From Lama guanicoe (lineage: Eukaryota): DNA of 64,000 nt. Each line of letters starts with the position of its first letter. The stretch's first letter is position 1. Both the position numbers and the translations under genes were made by a program. Positions 1-14,069 of the stretch are shown in pieces. The notes beneath the pieces are model-generated. The model was not told where the DNA came from. It did not search any database and saw only the letters and a program-made list of their open reading frames with translations. The DNA lies in the NCBI GenBank assembly GCA_013239625.1, contig MU053758.1:930001-994000 (forward strand), in the 5' to 3' direction.

Positions 1-569
1 GCTCTCTGGCACAATACCTCCCACGTGTTAGGTTCCGAATAAATTTTCCTTTCCTTTCCTCCAAATAAACTTTATCCAATTCTGGTCATGCCTCATAATA
101 CACTGCTATACTGTAAATTGCAGCCCAGGTTTATACCCTGGGCTTCCTGCCCCCAAATTTCATAATGGGATTGCATACTCCTTTGTTACCTGTGGCATAA
201 AACAGATCTCCTGTGGAAAGAGGCCTCCTATTCATGGGTGCCCTTACAATGTAGGAAGAGCTTAAGCAGAATTGAACCTATGGTACAAAGTACAATATTA
301 GAATTGCAAATGAATGAAAATTGCACAAAGACTACAGATTATTAAAATATTCTTAAAATGATACCTAATTCAAATACAGCTTTGTGTGTTTTTAATAAAA
401 ATTGTTTCTCTTTATTCTGCACTGACTTCTTTCTTTTCTGGATTCCTTTGCCGTATATTCTTCATACCAAGCTTAGGAATTTTGTATATTTAGCCACTCA
501 GGATAAACATCATTATGTAATATGGAGACATATGGCTTTGTTGTAAAATAGTTGTAAAACTATTTTTTA

Positions 570-2580
570 TATTTTCTAATTTTTTTTATTTCCATCAAAA
601 TAATATAGATATATCGTTTTTAAACAGCAAATAGCATTACAGACAGTCATCCCTTCCTAATCCCCGAGTACTACTCTCCAGGGGCAGCCCCTGCAATTCT
701 TTCATCAATTCTGGTATGTACTTCCACATTTCTAAATAATATTGTTATACAGCTATTTTTTTGATTTTTCAATTTCAGATATTAACTATTGATTTCATAT
801 TATGGCAAAGGAGGATTTAACACTCTTATCCCAGCCCTCACTTCTCCTCCTTCATCTTCCCAACATGATTATATCATACTTTTTAGTTAGTTTAGTTTTA
901 AGATTTACATGATTTTAACTATGTAAATTTTACTTACTGCCAACCCTTATAAATATCTATAACTAAATTTTATTTCTTGTTTTTTCCAGAGTGGGAAAAC
1001 GCCTTGGCTTTTTCATTTGATTGGTTTTCTAAGTCCCTACCCCTAATTCTTCCCAAACTTTGTAGCAGAGTTGTAATATTCTTCTGACGACTATTTTCCA
1101 CGTGGTCCCACACATCAGATGATCCATCAGGTCCATTCTGTTCTTGGAGCAGCTCCCTCGAAGGCCCCTGTCCTCCTCCCCACTCTGGGCTGGCTGCTCT
1201 GGAGCTGCTGTACGCCCGACACCCTGGGACTTCCCTTTGCGTCTTTCTTTTGTCAGAGCCCCACCTGAATCCAGCATCACCTTCTTTCTTGGTGGACAGC
1301 CTACCCTCACTTTAGTGGAGCACATCCTCTGGTGGCATCCTGAGAAAGGCTGCCTGGAGGTAAATTTCTTAAGAATGTGCATGTCGAAAAACCTCTTTAT
1401 CCAACCTTTACACTTGATTGATAGTTTGGATGTAAAAACACTAATGGAAATTATTTTCCCTCAGAATTTGGAAAGTGTGGCTTCATATCAGCTTCTAGTG
1501 TTGCTGTGGAGAAGTTCATTGCCAGTCAGATTCTTGATTCTTTCTGTATGACCAACTCTTCCCCCAACTCAGAAGCTTTTACCAGCTTCTCGTTATCCAT
1601 TGTGTTCTGAAATGTCACAGTGATTCCCAAGGTGTGAGTCTCTTTTCATTCATGTGCTGGGTGTATGGAGGTCCCTTTCAATCAGAAGACTTGTATCCCT
1701 CATTTTGAGAAATTTGATCATTTCTTTGATCATTTCCTTCCCTTTATTTTCTCTTCTAATATTTTTTCTCTTCTATTTTCTGTTTTCTTGATCCTTTTGA
1801 CCTACTTCTTTAAGATTTCTCAGTTACATCTGCCAATTCATTTGCTGATTTTGCTTTTAATTTTGGCTAACGTATACTTAATTTCTGACTGTCCTTGTTT
1901 CCTGGTTGTTTCTTTTTAAGCCTCTTATTTCATGAATTCAGTGTCTTCTCATCCCTCTGGGAATGTTAATGATGGCTTATTTGTTTGTTTGTTTTCATCT
2001 TTAATTTTCTTTTCTACTCCCTAAATTAACTCTGTTTCCTCCGAGTTCCCTTTTATGTGTTATATGTTCTGGTCTTTGTCTATCATGTTGGAAGCTTTTC
2101 TGCAAATGTCTGGTGATCTTCAGCTCTTGCTTGTCATTTAAAAATGACGCACTAAAATGCAGATTGAAACTTCTGTGTGCCAAGGTGGAGTATATCAACT
2201 GAGGGGCTTCACTTTAGAAAGCCTGAAGTTGAGAGCGATGGGAAGACTCAGCCATTTTGCTTGGGGTCTCCCCATTGTCAGTATCTACAGGTCTTTTATC
2301 TGAGGCCATTCATGTTTTTCCAGAGAAGCATCCATGGATCTGCTGGTGGTACCATTATTCACAAATACCAGTGGTTTTGGAACTGAGCAGTAAAAGGAGG
2401 CTAGGGGCCTCAGTGTTCAGGGCATAGACTATTACTTAATTCACCTGTTTTCAGGGTGGCTTCTCAATCTCCACTGGACTGTGTGTCCCAAGACTTGGGA
2501 CCTCTTTGGTTTAGTTTCCCCACAGAAATTAAACCCCCAGGCCAGGGTTAGAGAAGGATCATTTCTTGACTGTGGGAGTA
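570..2580 (-). mobile_element. Old L1-related element, HAL1-like; boundaries approximate
   Basis: Diagnostic segment cctgagaaaggctgcctggaggtaaatttcttaagaatgtgcatgtcgaaaaacctctttat...ttgattgatagtttgg...ttttccctcagaatttggaa; T-rich on + strand. Confidence 0.7.
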
Positions 2581-3309
2581 AAAGAGTGATATTATGTTGA
2601 GCTAGAGTCAGAAGACTCTTTTTGTCTTCTCAACTCTGCAACAAATTAGTCACATTACCCTGGGTGATGTCACATAATGACATCACTGAGTGAGTCACAT
2701 AATGACATCATAGCTGGCCGGGCTTTAATTTCTCTATGTGCAAAATGAGTGGCATAGATTGACCTCCAGAGAGACCTGTAACCTCCTCATCTAAGAGTTC
2801 TTCATTAGGGTACCTTATGGAAACACTAAAGTAAGTGATGAAATAATAATTAGAAGAATTTCTTTGACAAGTATTACTACCTCCTTAAATTATGCTACTT
2901 TTTAACAGTCAGCCTTTCTTAAGAGGAATCGTAGCCTTGGCAATGTAGGTAGGTGTGCAGCTCAGACCTGCACCAGAGCCGCTCTAGTCCTTTCCTGCAT
3001 ATGTTCTGTACAGTTTTCTCATGAGAGACCCAGCAGTTCCACTCAGGTGGGGAGAAGGGGTGGTGCTCAACGTCCCTATGAACCTCAAACAGGAGGATAA
3101 CCCAGGTACCTGCCTCTTCCGTTTTGGAGTAGAGCATCCTGGACAATCCCCCGGCTCCGTCCAGCGGTGCTGGTACTGCAGGCGTGCCTAGCAGAAAGGG
3201 CTCCTAGAAACCCTTCGGGCTGAAAAATCTAGGATGAAAATACTCTTCACCTTGGCTTTAGATTATAGTTATGACTATAACATTATTCATCACATAAAAT
3301 GTTTATTGT

Positions 3310-3560
3310 CGCATGGTGAAGCCAAAAAGTACTGGATTTGCAGCTTTGAAAAAAAAAACTGAGTTTATGTCTTGATTCTCCTTCCTGCCAGTTGTGTGAG
3401 AAAGTCATTTACCCTCTCTGAGCCTCAGTTTCAACTCCTGGAAGCTAGACTATTGAGGTCTTTCTGTCTGTATCAGAATAAAGGAGGTGCCTTAAAAGGA
3501 AGCATTTTACAAACACTAAACAGAGTGCTATCCTAATGTAAAGTATTACTATTATCACTG
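3310..3560 (+). mobile_element. MIR SINE, degraded
   Basis: MIR core aaagtcatttaccctctctgagcctcagtttc. Confidence 0.65.
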
Positions 3561-6114
3561 TTACTGTTGTAACTATTTGATCAGGGAAGCCTGAATTTCA
3601 TGCTGCCTCTTCTGTCTGCTTTGTAACACCCAGGCAATTTCATGATTAGAGTTGGCCTTCCAAAAAGACACTTTCATTCTTTTTTTCCTCTAAAACAAAT
3701 GAATCCAGAACCAATCTACCTTAGCCATCCAATATGTGCAGCCTCTTTTGTTCGTGAACAACCTGAAGGTAATAAACTGCTCTGCCCCTGTGACAGAGAA
3801 AGATGTTGGAAGGAAATGGGTTTCCATCTCAGGCTTCTAAGGTGCCCTACCAAACAATAACAAGGGACAAATTATTCAGCTAAATGCCCCTGACGTGCGT
3901 TGGCATGCAATATGCCACCCTCCTCGCCAGGCAGTATTACTTACACACCTGCCTCTGAGGAGGGCTGCTCGGAAGAGCTACTCTGCTTTTATCAGACATA
4001 CATTTTAGGGACTTTTAAATAAACTTATACAGCAATACCGAGCTGCATGTCTTCTAAACTTTACTATTTCATCCGTCTATACCAAGCACCGTGAAACAAA
4101 ATGGATGTGCCTTCAGCTTTCTACAGTCTTGGAAAATGAACCAGTCCACTTAACAATAAATGGTGGTTGGTTCAAACACACATGACTAGTCTAGTGAAGA
4201 AGAAAAGAAAGTTGAGCTTAATGAAGTCCAGTGTCTGTGTCCCTGTGCATGGACAGGAAAGGACGAGTGTTTTATAACTGTTTATTGGAGTTAATGGTAA
4301 TAAATTCCTCACTTGTGATGCATTAACTTTAATGTTTTCATTACTTGGTGATTTAGGCTTTCCCTTTTCACATTGTAAATCATGTTGTCCCAGTAGCAGA
4401 GCAGGTCGAGCGCCTGCCATAATGTTCATAATACTCAGTGGGGAAAGGAATGTTCTCTCTTTCTCCCCAGCACAGTCTGACAAAAGATGCTTTTCCTCCT
4501 CTCCATTTGCTGCTTTCTAAATAAGCATGAGGGTAGACAGACAGAAGGACACATCTGACAGCAGGATGGTTTCAATCCTAGGGAAAGACAGGTCTCCGCA
4601 GTAACTTTCCAAATGTATTTGGTGCTGAAGGTTTTTTCCTTTCTTTTCTTCCTTTCTTTTTCTTTTTTCTTTTTCTTTTGTTTGTTTGTTTGCTGAGTGT
4701 GAGCCCTTAGTTAATGAGCTGTGCAAATAGATATTGAGATTTAGTGTTTTTATTTTGCAATTACAGACTTGGTGATTTGGTTGGAAATTTTTGGGTCTAG
4801 AAACATTACCCTCATTTTCCCCTCCCTAATTTTTTCCTTGCAAAGTTTGACTTCCTTCAAACTTGCTTGAGTTTTGTCTGATAAAATAGAAAAATCAAGA
4901 AAGATTTTAAATCTCAAATGTGTAACTTCAAAGAAAAGGAGGTGATTTTTGCCCTAAAGGTTCCTATCATAGCCATCATTTTTCCATCTCTGATCCCAGA
5001 CTGCTGCACAGTGACACCCAGGGAGCTGGCTGGGAGCGAGGTCCAGCTTGGGAGTGGCCCTTTGCCCAGTAGATGATGCATACCAGGTCAAAGCCACAGT
5101 GCTAAGATCACTGCATTCCCATCAAGTTCTCCCCGATCGGGTGTGAGAGTTCTCATTAGATCACCCACCCTGAAATACCCCCAGAGAATCACGATAATTA
5201 GTTCCTGAGTCTTCTTTTTTATTTTCTGCTTTGTTTGCTTTAAAAGTTTTCTCAATGCTGTGCTCTGATGATATCTGAATGTTTTTCACTAGAGAGACAC
5301 AGAGAAGGTAAAATTATCATTTTATTCCTCCCTGAAATCTTTTGGTTTGGAAAATAACTAAAATAGAGACTACTGATGGAGCACTAATCCCCACGCGGCT
5401 TTCACCCTCAACAGGATTAAGTGCTCACACACACATAGCATGTTTGCTTACAGGATGCAAACAGATACACCTGTGGACGTTCAAAGAGAAAAATACCTTT
5501 TTTTTCAGGGAAATAAAAGAACAAGACTAGGGAAAGAAGAGGCAAGTTCTCAGCCAAAGCCTATAGCTCAGAAATTGCCATCAACAGCTATTTTCTGAAG
5601 CAAATTCAGTATCCATTTGTTAAGTTGTTGCAGTTTAGCTCAGTCTTTGTCTGTTTTTGGCTTCCTCTGGACCCACCATCCTTTGATGCTTTCCTGAAGC
5701 TGTCTTATCCTGAAGATAAGTTCTAGGGTGAAGAGAATTGATATCTCAATGAGGCTGTGAAATTAGCTGGAGATTTTGTTCTCTCCAGTTGAGGTTCATG
5801 GCATTTTTTTCCTAGCTGTTTTTTTTTTTTTTCCAAAATCCTCTTTTTCCCTTTTCCCGTCATTCTCAGTACTGTGATTCCTCCTGACTTCTGCACCACA
5901 CCACCCCTGCCCCTTCCTCCTGACTTTCTTGGCTAAGCTTCCCTTCTTTCCCTTTTTTACTTCCTTATTTTACATTACCAACCCTAAGATTAAAATAGTG
6001 AATATACAGCAGAACAAAAATTACTGTTTGTGGCTTAGGTGAAAATGATTTATCTAACAAATATTCACTCCCATATTGCCTTCTTAGACCACAAGTCCCA
6101 TAAGGGTGGAAGTG

Positions 6115-6960
6115 GTTTCAGTTCAGTTTAACAAACATTTATCGGGCACCTACTGTGTGTACTAGGCCTCTGGGGATACAGAGAGAAACGGGTATATGAA
6201 TAATGAATTGTACTGCCCTCTTTTTTTTTTTTTCTTAGTGATATCTCTCTACCTATGAACACAAGATCTATTTTTACCCCCCTTCCCTTTCTAGGCCATC
6301 CCTCCTATTGCCTTCTACCCAGATCCACGGCCACATGCTTTTCCCTGGGACTAGTCCCTTTTCTATTTCCTTATACAGGGTCTCTAGCAGCTTGATATAG
6401 TAACTAAGATCTTATGTAAACCTCAGCAAAGAGGCAAGACTGGAGAGAGAGTACTGGGGGGAAAGTTTAGAGTCCCTGGGAGCCAAGACTGTGCTGTCAT
6501 AGTGCCCTACAGAAAGTGGTATTAGAGCACAAAAAAGGGAGGATACAATTCTACACGGGGAAACAGAGAAAGATTCTGAGGGGATGTGACATTTGAATTG
6601 AGTCTTAAAGGAGCCCTTCCTCTTCAGAAAATGGGGATAGAGTGATTGGAATTCCTAGCCAGGACAGAAAGCATGAGCAAAGCCCTGGCAGTGTCAAAGG
6701 CATGGCACGTTCCAGAAGGCAAAACCTGTTACTTAGTGTTGCTGGGGTATTAGGAAGTATGGGGGTTGGGAGAAAATGAAACTGGAAGGTAGCGTGAGAC
6801 CAAGTTTTAAAGTTTTTGTGTGCTGGAGAGTTTGAGATTCATCCTATAGGTTAGGGAGGACCATTGAAGGCTTAAAGCGTGTATGACATGGCCAGATCTA
6901 TGTTTCAGAAAGATGATTTCCGGTCAGGATATGGTGAACAGGTAGAAGGTAAACTAGTTA
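6115..6960 (-). mobile_element. L2 LINE fragments
   Basis: Antisense L2 3' end (ttcagtttaacaaacatttatcgggcacctactgtgtg) and L2 body motifs (gtgacatttgaattgagtcttaaagga; gcatgagcaaagccctgg; ccattgaaggcttaaag). Confidence 0.7.
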
Positions 6961-9900
6961 ACAAGTGACTGCAAACCCAGGCCATGCTGTTCTCTTCTTC
7001 TGCCCTTTTCTCCACGTTCTTACCACAGTCCAGTGGAGTAGTAAATAGATTTGGAAATGATATTTTGTCATTCATTTTTAAAGATATGCTCTCAAGTGAC
7101 ATATGTATTAAAGTGACCTGCCTCAGGATAAGAGGAGAATACAGTGATCCTTCAAGGTTTGTAAAAAGACAGTTTGGCATGTTCAGTCCTTTCCTCCTAT
7201 TTAGCATCACAAAGCCGTTTGAAGCACCGCTGTCTGGGCTTGTATCAGGATCCTCACTTTGTCTGCTGCCACTGACTGTGGTTTGGCTACTAAAGACTTC
7301 AGGTCGTTTGGATCTTTGTGATTCTATATTAAGGTTGGATTCTTAGGATAAAAATAAAGCTGAAGGTGCTCAGTAAAAGCTATGTCATCAATCAACTCAG
7401 AAGACATAGAGGCTTCCTGGGATTAAACAGTTTGTCTGGAGATTGCATGAATTCGCAGCCTTTTTCCCACCATAACTCATGCCCTCCAACATTCATTTGC
7501 TCAACCCACTTCCAGGAACACCCACGATTTTGAAGGAACACGATTTTTTTCAAGGAAATAAAGCTCTGTGGGAATTCTTGATTGCCACAATTATAATAGT
7601 ACATCAGATGTGTTTAATCACCATAGACTGTGGCATAAATAAGATACGCTATAAGTTATTTTTAATTGACTTTTCCCCTTAAGAAAGCATATTGAATGCA
7701 AATGGGTGGTATTATTATACAAAAACTTTAAATCCATTCTTATTCTTAAAGTGAATTATCCAAAATCTCTGCCATTTAGATCAACACCATCAACCGATCA
7801 AAAGACACCAATGTGTCCTGATACCATGATTAAGAATCAATGGATTTTTATAACTGAATTAGTCTTTCTTTAAAATGAACTATTTACCTACCAGATGCTG
7901 TTTATCTTCCTATTTATTTAGGTGTTAGAATTAGTGTGAAGTTATCATACGTGGAGTTGGAGGGGCTTTCTCCCAATACTTTCACTTCTTACGAATAAAA
8001 TCCCACAGAAAGTGAAGACACGGAAGAGGAGCACCCCTTAGACCACAGGCCTCTGTGGTAATTAGTGTGGTGCCTCTTTGTGGAAACAAGAAGGTTCTTC
8101 ATACACCATGAATATTAATGGTTTCTATATGTTACCTTGTAGCTTGGCATTATTGATGGACTATTTTATGAAAAGAAGCCATTTTGGATATTTAGCTTAA
8201 AAATCTTCTTTTTACACCAGGGCTTCTTCCTTAAAGAGTAAACGAATCACGACCAAGGTTCCTGCATGAGCCCTACCCTGGAACCGGCTTCTCTTTTCTA
8301 AACATCACTTTTGTCAGAAGAGGCCTTACAAATGGTCACCAAGCAGCAAATTTTTGAGAGCTCCAGGTTTCTTCCTCTTGTGTTTCCTTTACCTTGCATA
8401 TCCTTTTATTGCACTCTCTTACTTTTTTTTATTTTTGCCCTCTATGTCTGTTGACCTCTTGAAAGTACATTGTGTTCAATTCCTTCCTTTCATCTGCTAC
8501 CCAGTTTATTTCTTCATGAAATTAAAGCTGTTTGTTTGAGTGGCTTCTATGTCTTTGAAACTTTTAGATCTTCTACCTATTATTAATGATTTAGAATTTT
8601 TCACCTTACTTGTGTTGGTCTAAATTCCTTAATAAGTAAAGCACAAAGACAGAAAAGTATGAGGAGTAAGGGTAGACTCAAGTAGATATCGAATGGAACC
8701 ACACAAGTTTAAGAATTATGTAAACCTGTCCCAAGGTACTAATGAAGGAAGAGTCCTTGAAACCAACTTCCCTGTTGGCATCATGTGCAGAAGATGAACA
8801 CCAGATACCTCAAACTGCCATTTATTGGCTAGTTCCTAACAATTGAGGGGAAAAAAGCAAAAAATAACCCAGAAATGCAAGAGGCTGAGGAGAAACAGTA
8901 ATGAACTTATGAAGAAGGACTCAGAAGCCAAATACAAAAGAGAGGGTTTAGTGAGCAGATTGGGGGTCAGCATCCACCAAACAGGAGAAAACTACACCAC
9001 CCACCCTTCCTTCAGTGCCCCCTTCCCCCTTCTTCAGTGGCGGCATTGTGAAGTGTCTGTGTGTCATTTTGCAAATACACACACACACCAGTGATCTGTG
9101 AGTGAATTGGCATCGCAAGTGGAACCTGACCATTCCCAGCCTTCAAATATTAGATTTTCTCCAACCTCATCCATCCCAACTCCCCTTTATCCTTTATCAT
9201 GGATACTTTAACGAAGGAACCTGATAACTTCACCCTGTCTGATTCACCCCTGTTAGCTTCAGTCTCTAGGGTGGAGTTGGTTTGGCCCCTTCTTCAAACA
9301 ACTGAAAAGAAACTTAAATTAAAAGGAAAGGGGAGGATGGGAGAAGCCCACAATTTAGGGAGGGGAAAGAGTTGAACAAATGATTTTTTTTTTAATCACT
9401 GATTTTCATTTCAAGTCGATTGAGCAAGAGAGCAAGCCAGCTACCTATAATGAAAGTTTGTGGGCACTGGTTTGTTCTGTAGGGGCTGCAACCTTTTTGC
9501 ATCAGAAATTGTGTGGCCTCTCATGCTATTAGCCTTGTGCTGTGGTGGTGCCAACTGATTTCTCCAATTCTCTTTTCTCAGTGGGCTAGAATGCAGCTGA
9601 TTAAATAGGCCGTGACTCACATAAGCTCCCGTGTCTTTTTTATTGACTGCTTTACGGAAATGTATCACACTCCAAAGGGTCCCCATTGTTGTCGCTGTGC
9701 ATGGCTGGCTGAGGAGTCATGTTTAGTGCTGAGAGATGGACTCCTACTCTGTCGTTTTTTACTGCATAGTTGGTATGGGTGGGATACAAGAGTTTAAAGG
9801 AATCTGGATGAGGAGAAAAAGATAACTGAGAAATTCTTTTATCTTCACCTGCCATAAAAGTTGGGTGGCCATCACTTCTGGATAACACGCTTCTCTGTTG

Positions 9901-12900
9901 ATCTTATCTGTATGGCCCCACATCCTTCAGCTAGGTGAATTTTTTCTTTATATGGGCCGTTCTGAGAGATTTAGTTAAGTGCCATGGTTGAGAGAGATTA
10001 TGACACTGATATAATTCTGTTTTGTGCAGATATAATATGATACCCCCTTAGGTTTCTCCAAAGGGCCATTTATTCCCAATAAATCTAAATCATTTCTATT
10101 TTTTAAATTAATATCTTTTTTCAGGTAATGGACAAGAAGCCTCAATTTTTTAAAAAATTGTATACTTAAATATAAATGTTTTTGCATTAAAACAGTAAGT
10201 CATGCAATTGTTTGTAGCTTGTTCCTATTTTTATTACCATCCTACAAGGTATTTACATACTTGCTATTACACGTTAAGGAGCTCTGCTGATCTGGTTCAT
10301 TTGCCAGTAGGTGTAAATTCAGGCATACAGGACTCCTCCTGCCTCACCACCCGGGACTGTGGCTAACATGTGTATCCTCCGGATCACCAGTTCTTCATCA
10401 GTGGGACCCTCAGCTGACACTGAAAGAGGAGATAGCTTGATTGCCACAGCAGCTTCCCATCTAGGATTGGGACAGATCTGGATCCCATCTGAATTTATCT
10501 GATAGATTGTGGAGCAAATGGCATTGAGCTCAGGGTCAGCCTTACATGAGAATTCTGTTACTGTACCCACCACAGAGTGCCTTGTACATGGAAAACAATC
10601 GATAGACTAAAGATTGATTTGATCTGATTTTTTCCAGAGCCATTCCAAACTTCACCTATAATCCCATTTTTTCCACTGCCCGTAAGGGAAACCAGGAAAG
10701 ATAGCTCATTAATACAGATTCCCTCTAATAATAAAGCAGCATAACACTTTTTACAAAAACACAGCATATGAAATACTGTGTTCCCAGGTCTCTTACTCTT
10801 AAGAATCTTGTTGGTAAATGACCAAGAGAAGAAATTCAGCAAAATTGGGCTCATTCAGTGCCCAATTTTAGCAAACCAAGTGTGACTTTTGGGGTGAGAA
10901 GGTGGTAATGGTGCTGTCCCTAGTCTCCTAAAATTAGTGACTTGGAATTCAAACATCTCTGCTGCATTATGTCTTTGTTTTCTTGGTGGTGGCATTCTTG
11001 GGTTTCAGCTGGTGGGGAGAAAAAAGCCTCATGCTGATAATGTACTGAAAGTAAATGAAATTAAATAAGCGAAGCAGTGCTCATCACTACTTCCTTCCCC
11101 CCTGGGTAATTCAATTCAAGCTCTTTCTCTGATGGCAACTCACAGGGACTGTCTCTGTCACCCCGCTGGGGCCTAGAGTCTTAACATCTAAATAAAAGTT
11201 TCACTCAAGCATTTTTTATGCTCCTGCCAGCAGGATCAGTGAGCTGGTGTGGGCACATTAATGTAATATTCATACTCACAGACTCTCCCCACACACAAGG
11301 CAATGTCTTCCCATTTTCATAATTATAGATGTTCCATAAAATGGCATTTAGATTTGCATTAAAAAAGGAGCTTTGAATTCTAATAGAACGTTTAACATGT
11401 CTTTTATGATTCAGACTCTCGGCATCTTTAACAAGAAGCTGTGTCTCTAAGTTTAACAAGACCTTAAAAAAAGAAAAAAACCTAGGAAGAAAGATGGATT
11501 TAGGGTTTAGGGGATCCTGATTTTCTTATTTCCTGTGTCTTTCATTTAATTATTGGGCCTCTAGGAGCAATTTTTTGACAGCGCTGCAGAGAGGATGGGC
11601 ACTCCTTCAAAGGGCCTTCTAAACCATACCAGGTCCTCACCCTCAGTAGGATCTGCTTCTGTTTTCTTGGGGAGCATTTTCAAAGAGATATTAGAATTTT
11701 CAGAGAGGTGGAAGAAATGAAAGAATTCTAGCCAAATGAACTTTCCTTTGCTGCTGTTCATCTCATGTGCGCACCCTGAGACCCATCTGGGAGGATTTAT
11801 AGCAGTCACAGAGTTTGCTAACTGTAAAACACACAAATGAAAACAGTCCATGAACAAGGAAGTTGACAGTAAGGATGGATAGGATAAAGAATCAGGCACT
11901 TAGACACGCTAAAAAAGAAAAAGAGAAGCTCCCCTGATCTACATTTTTAAAACTAAACTTGAAACAGCTTAGAAGCAAAAGGTAATTTTCGTTGCATTTT
12001 AAGTTGTCTTAAAATGTTATTTTTAAACAAGAAGTATGTAAAGCACTGAGCAAAGTGCCCATTCATAGCCACCACTGAATAAATGTTAGTTGTTGTAGCT
12101 GTTCAGAAAACGAATGTGTGATTGAAAAAAACTTATTCCACTCAAGAGTTTCCAGATATTGGAAAGATGCTCCAGTCATTTCATATGTGTTGTACCTTAA
12201 TTTGGTTTATATTTTGTTTGCTTTCTTAATTTTTTTAAGACAAACCAAAAGAGATTTGAGTTTGGGGACTAAAAAGAATAAATATTAGGATTATGCTAGC
12301 TCACTCTCTTCATTTTTCCTAATTAAGAAATATAGAGTTGCATTTTTCATTGTTTTTGTTTTGTTGTTGTTCTTGTTTCATTTTATTTTTTTAAGGAATA
12401 AATTTCTTCCTCTTTATCCTCTGCCCCTCCCTTCTGTAAAATGAGTCTAAACCCCAGTGGTGGAAGATAGATTGGAATCTTGACTTCTCAATAAATTTGC
12501 ACCTAGCCAGGCTAATTGAAAGCCACAAATGTTAGCGGCGTACGATTAAAGGCTGATGTCAGCTCCAGGTCTTCTCTGTGTAAAGGGCTTCTACCATTCC
12601 TAGACTCTTTCCTTTATTTTGACAAAACCAGGATTTGGCAGTTATGGCCAAGTTCAGCTTTGCATAGCCCTTCTTTGTGTGAACTTGGTGAAAATCATGT
12701 TCACTAAGGTAGCTTTCTGCTTGTTAGGAAAAGGTGAGTGTGGGTTTATTTAAGCAAATTCTTAACTCTCTGGAGTCCTTTACTTGTCAGTCCATACATA
12801 TTTAGGCTACCTCCCCTTGCACAAACTAATGTATGTTTAGATCATTTTAAGCAATTTTAACATTAGATACAATTAGGAAGAAAGAAAATTTACTCCCCAA

Positions 12901-13051
12901 CCCAAGTCATCTAGAAATTGTTTTATTTTGCGCCGTATTTAAGCAATAGCCCTTCTTAACCCCCTTCATTAATCTGGATTATCTTAAGTGGCCCAAATAA
13001 ATGAAAATTCTGTCAGAGTTCAACAAAACATTTTGCTTTTGTTCCTTTCAG

Positions 13052-13129
13052 GAATGGAAGACATCACAAGAGGAGCTCAAGAGCTTGATAATATCATCAA
13101 GCAAGGATACTTAGAGAAGAAAAGCAAAG
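13052..13129 (+). CDS. SKAP1: SKAP1 coding exon (~5), start of PH domain
   Basis: tttcag|GA ATG GAA GAC...AGC AAA G|gtactg; 78 nt, phase 1-1; [25 protein letters not shown]. Confidence 0.95.
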
Positions 13130-13985
13130 GTACTGATTAGACCCCCAGATCTCAGAACATTCCAAGAAAAGAAGGGAAACGAGGAGAAAAAGAGCTAGCA
13201 TGGGCGGGTGCCTTCTTGTGCCCAATACTGTACCAGGCAGGTGCAAGGCAAAAGGAAGGCAAGAAAAGGAAAGAAGTCTGGTGTTCATGGGTAGGCTGAC
13301 GAGAGATGGTCCAAAATCTTCTCTTCACCAGCATAGGGATTGGTTCCACTCACCTGGTACACAGCAGATGCTTCAACAAATACATGTTGAATAAATGAAT
13401 GAATGACTATATTTTGTTCTCATCTCTCAGTGTGCTCCCATAAAGACTGAAACTAGGTTGCCAAGAGTGTAGTTTTTATATCATATGTGAAGCAGCCCAC
13501 TTCCAAGGTTCAGACAAGCCCAAATCTTCAGCTTTCATGCATTTGATTAGAAAAGGTACTACTTGGGTTGGAATACCAGGTGTAATACTTGGGCAAATTG
13601 ACTTTAGCACAAAGAAAGCCTTTCTTATGCCCACGGCCTGGAGCATCATTTTGGTTTGCTAAAAGGCAACACATAAAGATCTCATGGAGAATTTTAAAAG
13701 TACAGGATGAGATTAGAATCTGAAAGACATAAAGGGAAAATAGAGAGAGAGCTGTGAGGGGTCAGAGCAGGCAAAACCTGTTTTGAACTTGGACCTTTAA
13801 CTGAGTGAGCCCTCTGGACTCTGAGTCAATATGGGATAACCTGTGGGAGTGAAAGGGAGGGTTTTACAGTCCATTAACCTGGGAAATAAAACAATAATAC
13901 ACTGGACTGTGTGTTGTTGGATTTTGCAGACTCTTCAGTGATTGTAGTTACCTGAATTTATGTCCCTTACTGCTGTCCCGTTTAG

Positions 13986-14069
13986 ATCACAGTTTCTTTG
14001 GTTCAGAGTGGCAGAAGCGATGGTGTGTTGTCAGCAGAGGCCTCTTCTACTACTATGCTAATGAGAAAA
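13986..14069 (+). CDS. SKAP1: SKAP1 coding exon (~6), PH domain
   Basis: tttag|AT CAC AGT...GAG AAA A|gtaagt; 84 nt, phase 1-1; [28 protein letters not shown]. Confidence 0.96.

Noticed and set aside
1415..1422. TGATTGAT PBX-HOX-like site
   Set aside because: It is part of the repeat consensus (ttgattgatagtttgg) and isolated.
1029..1919. ORFs of 84-135 aa on both strands
   Set aside because: They lie inside the degraded HAL1-like element and show no recognisable domain.
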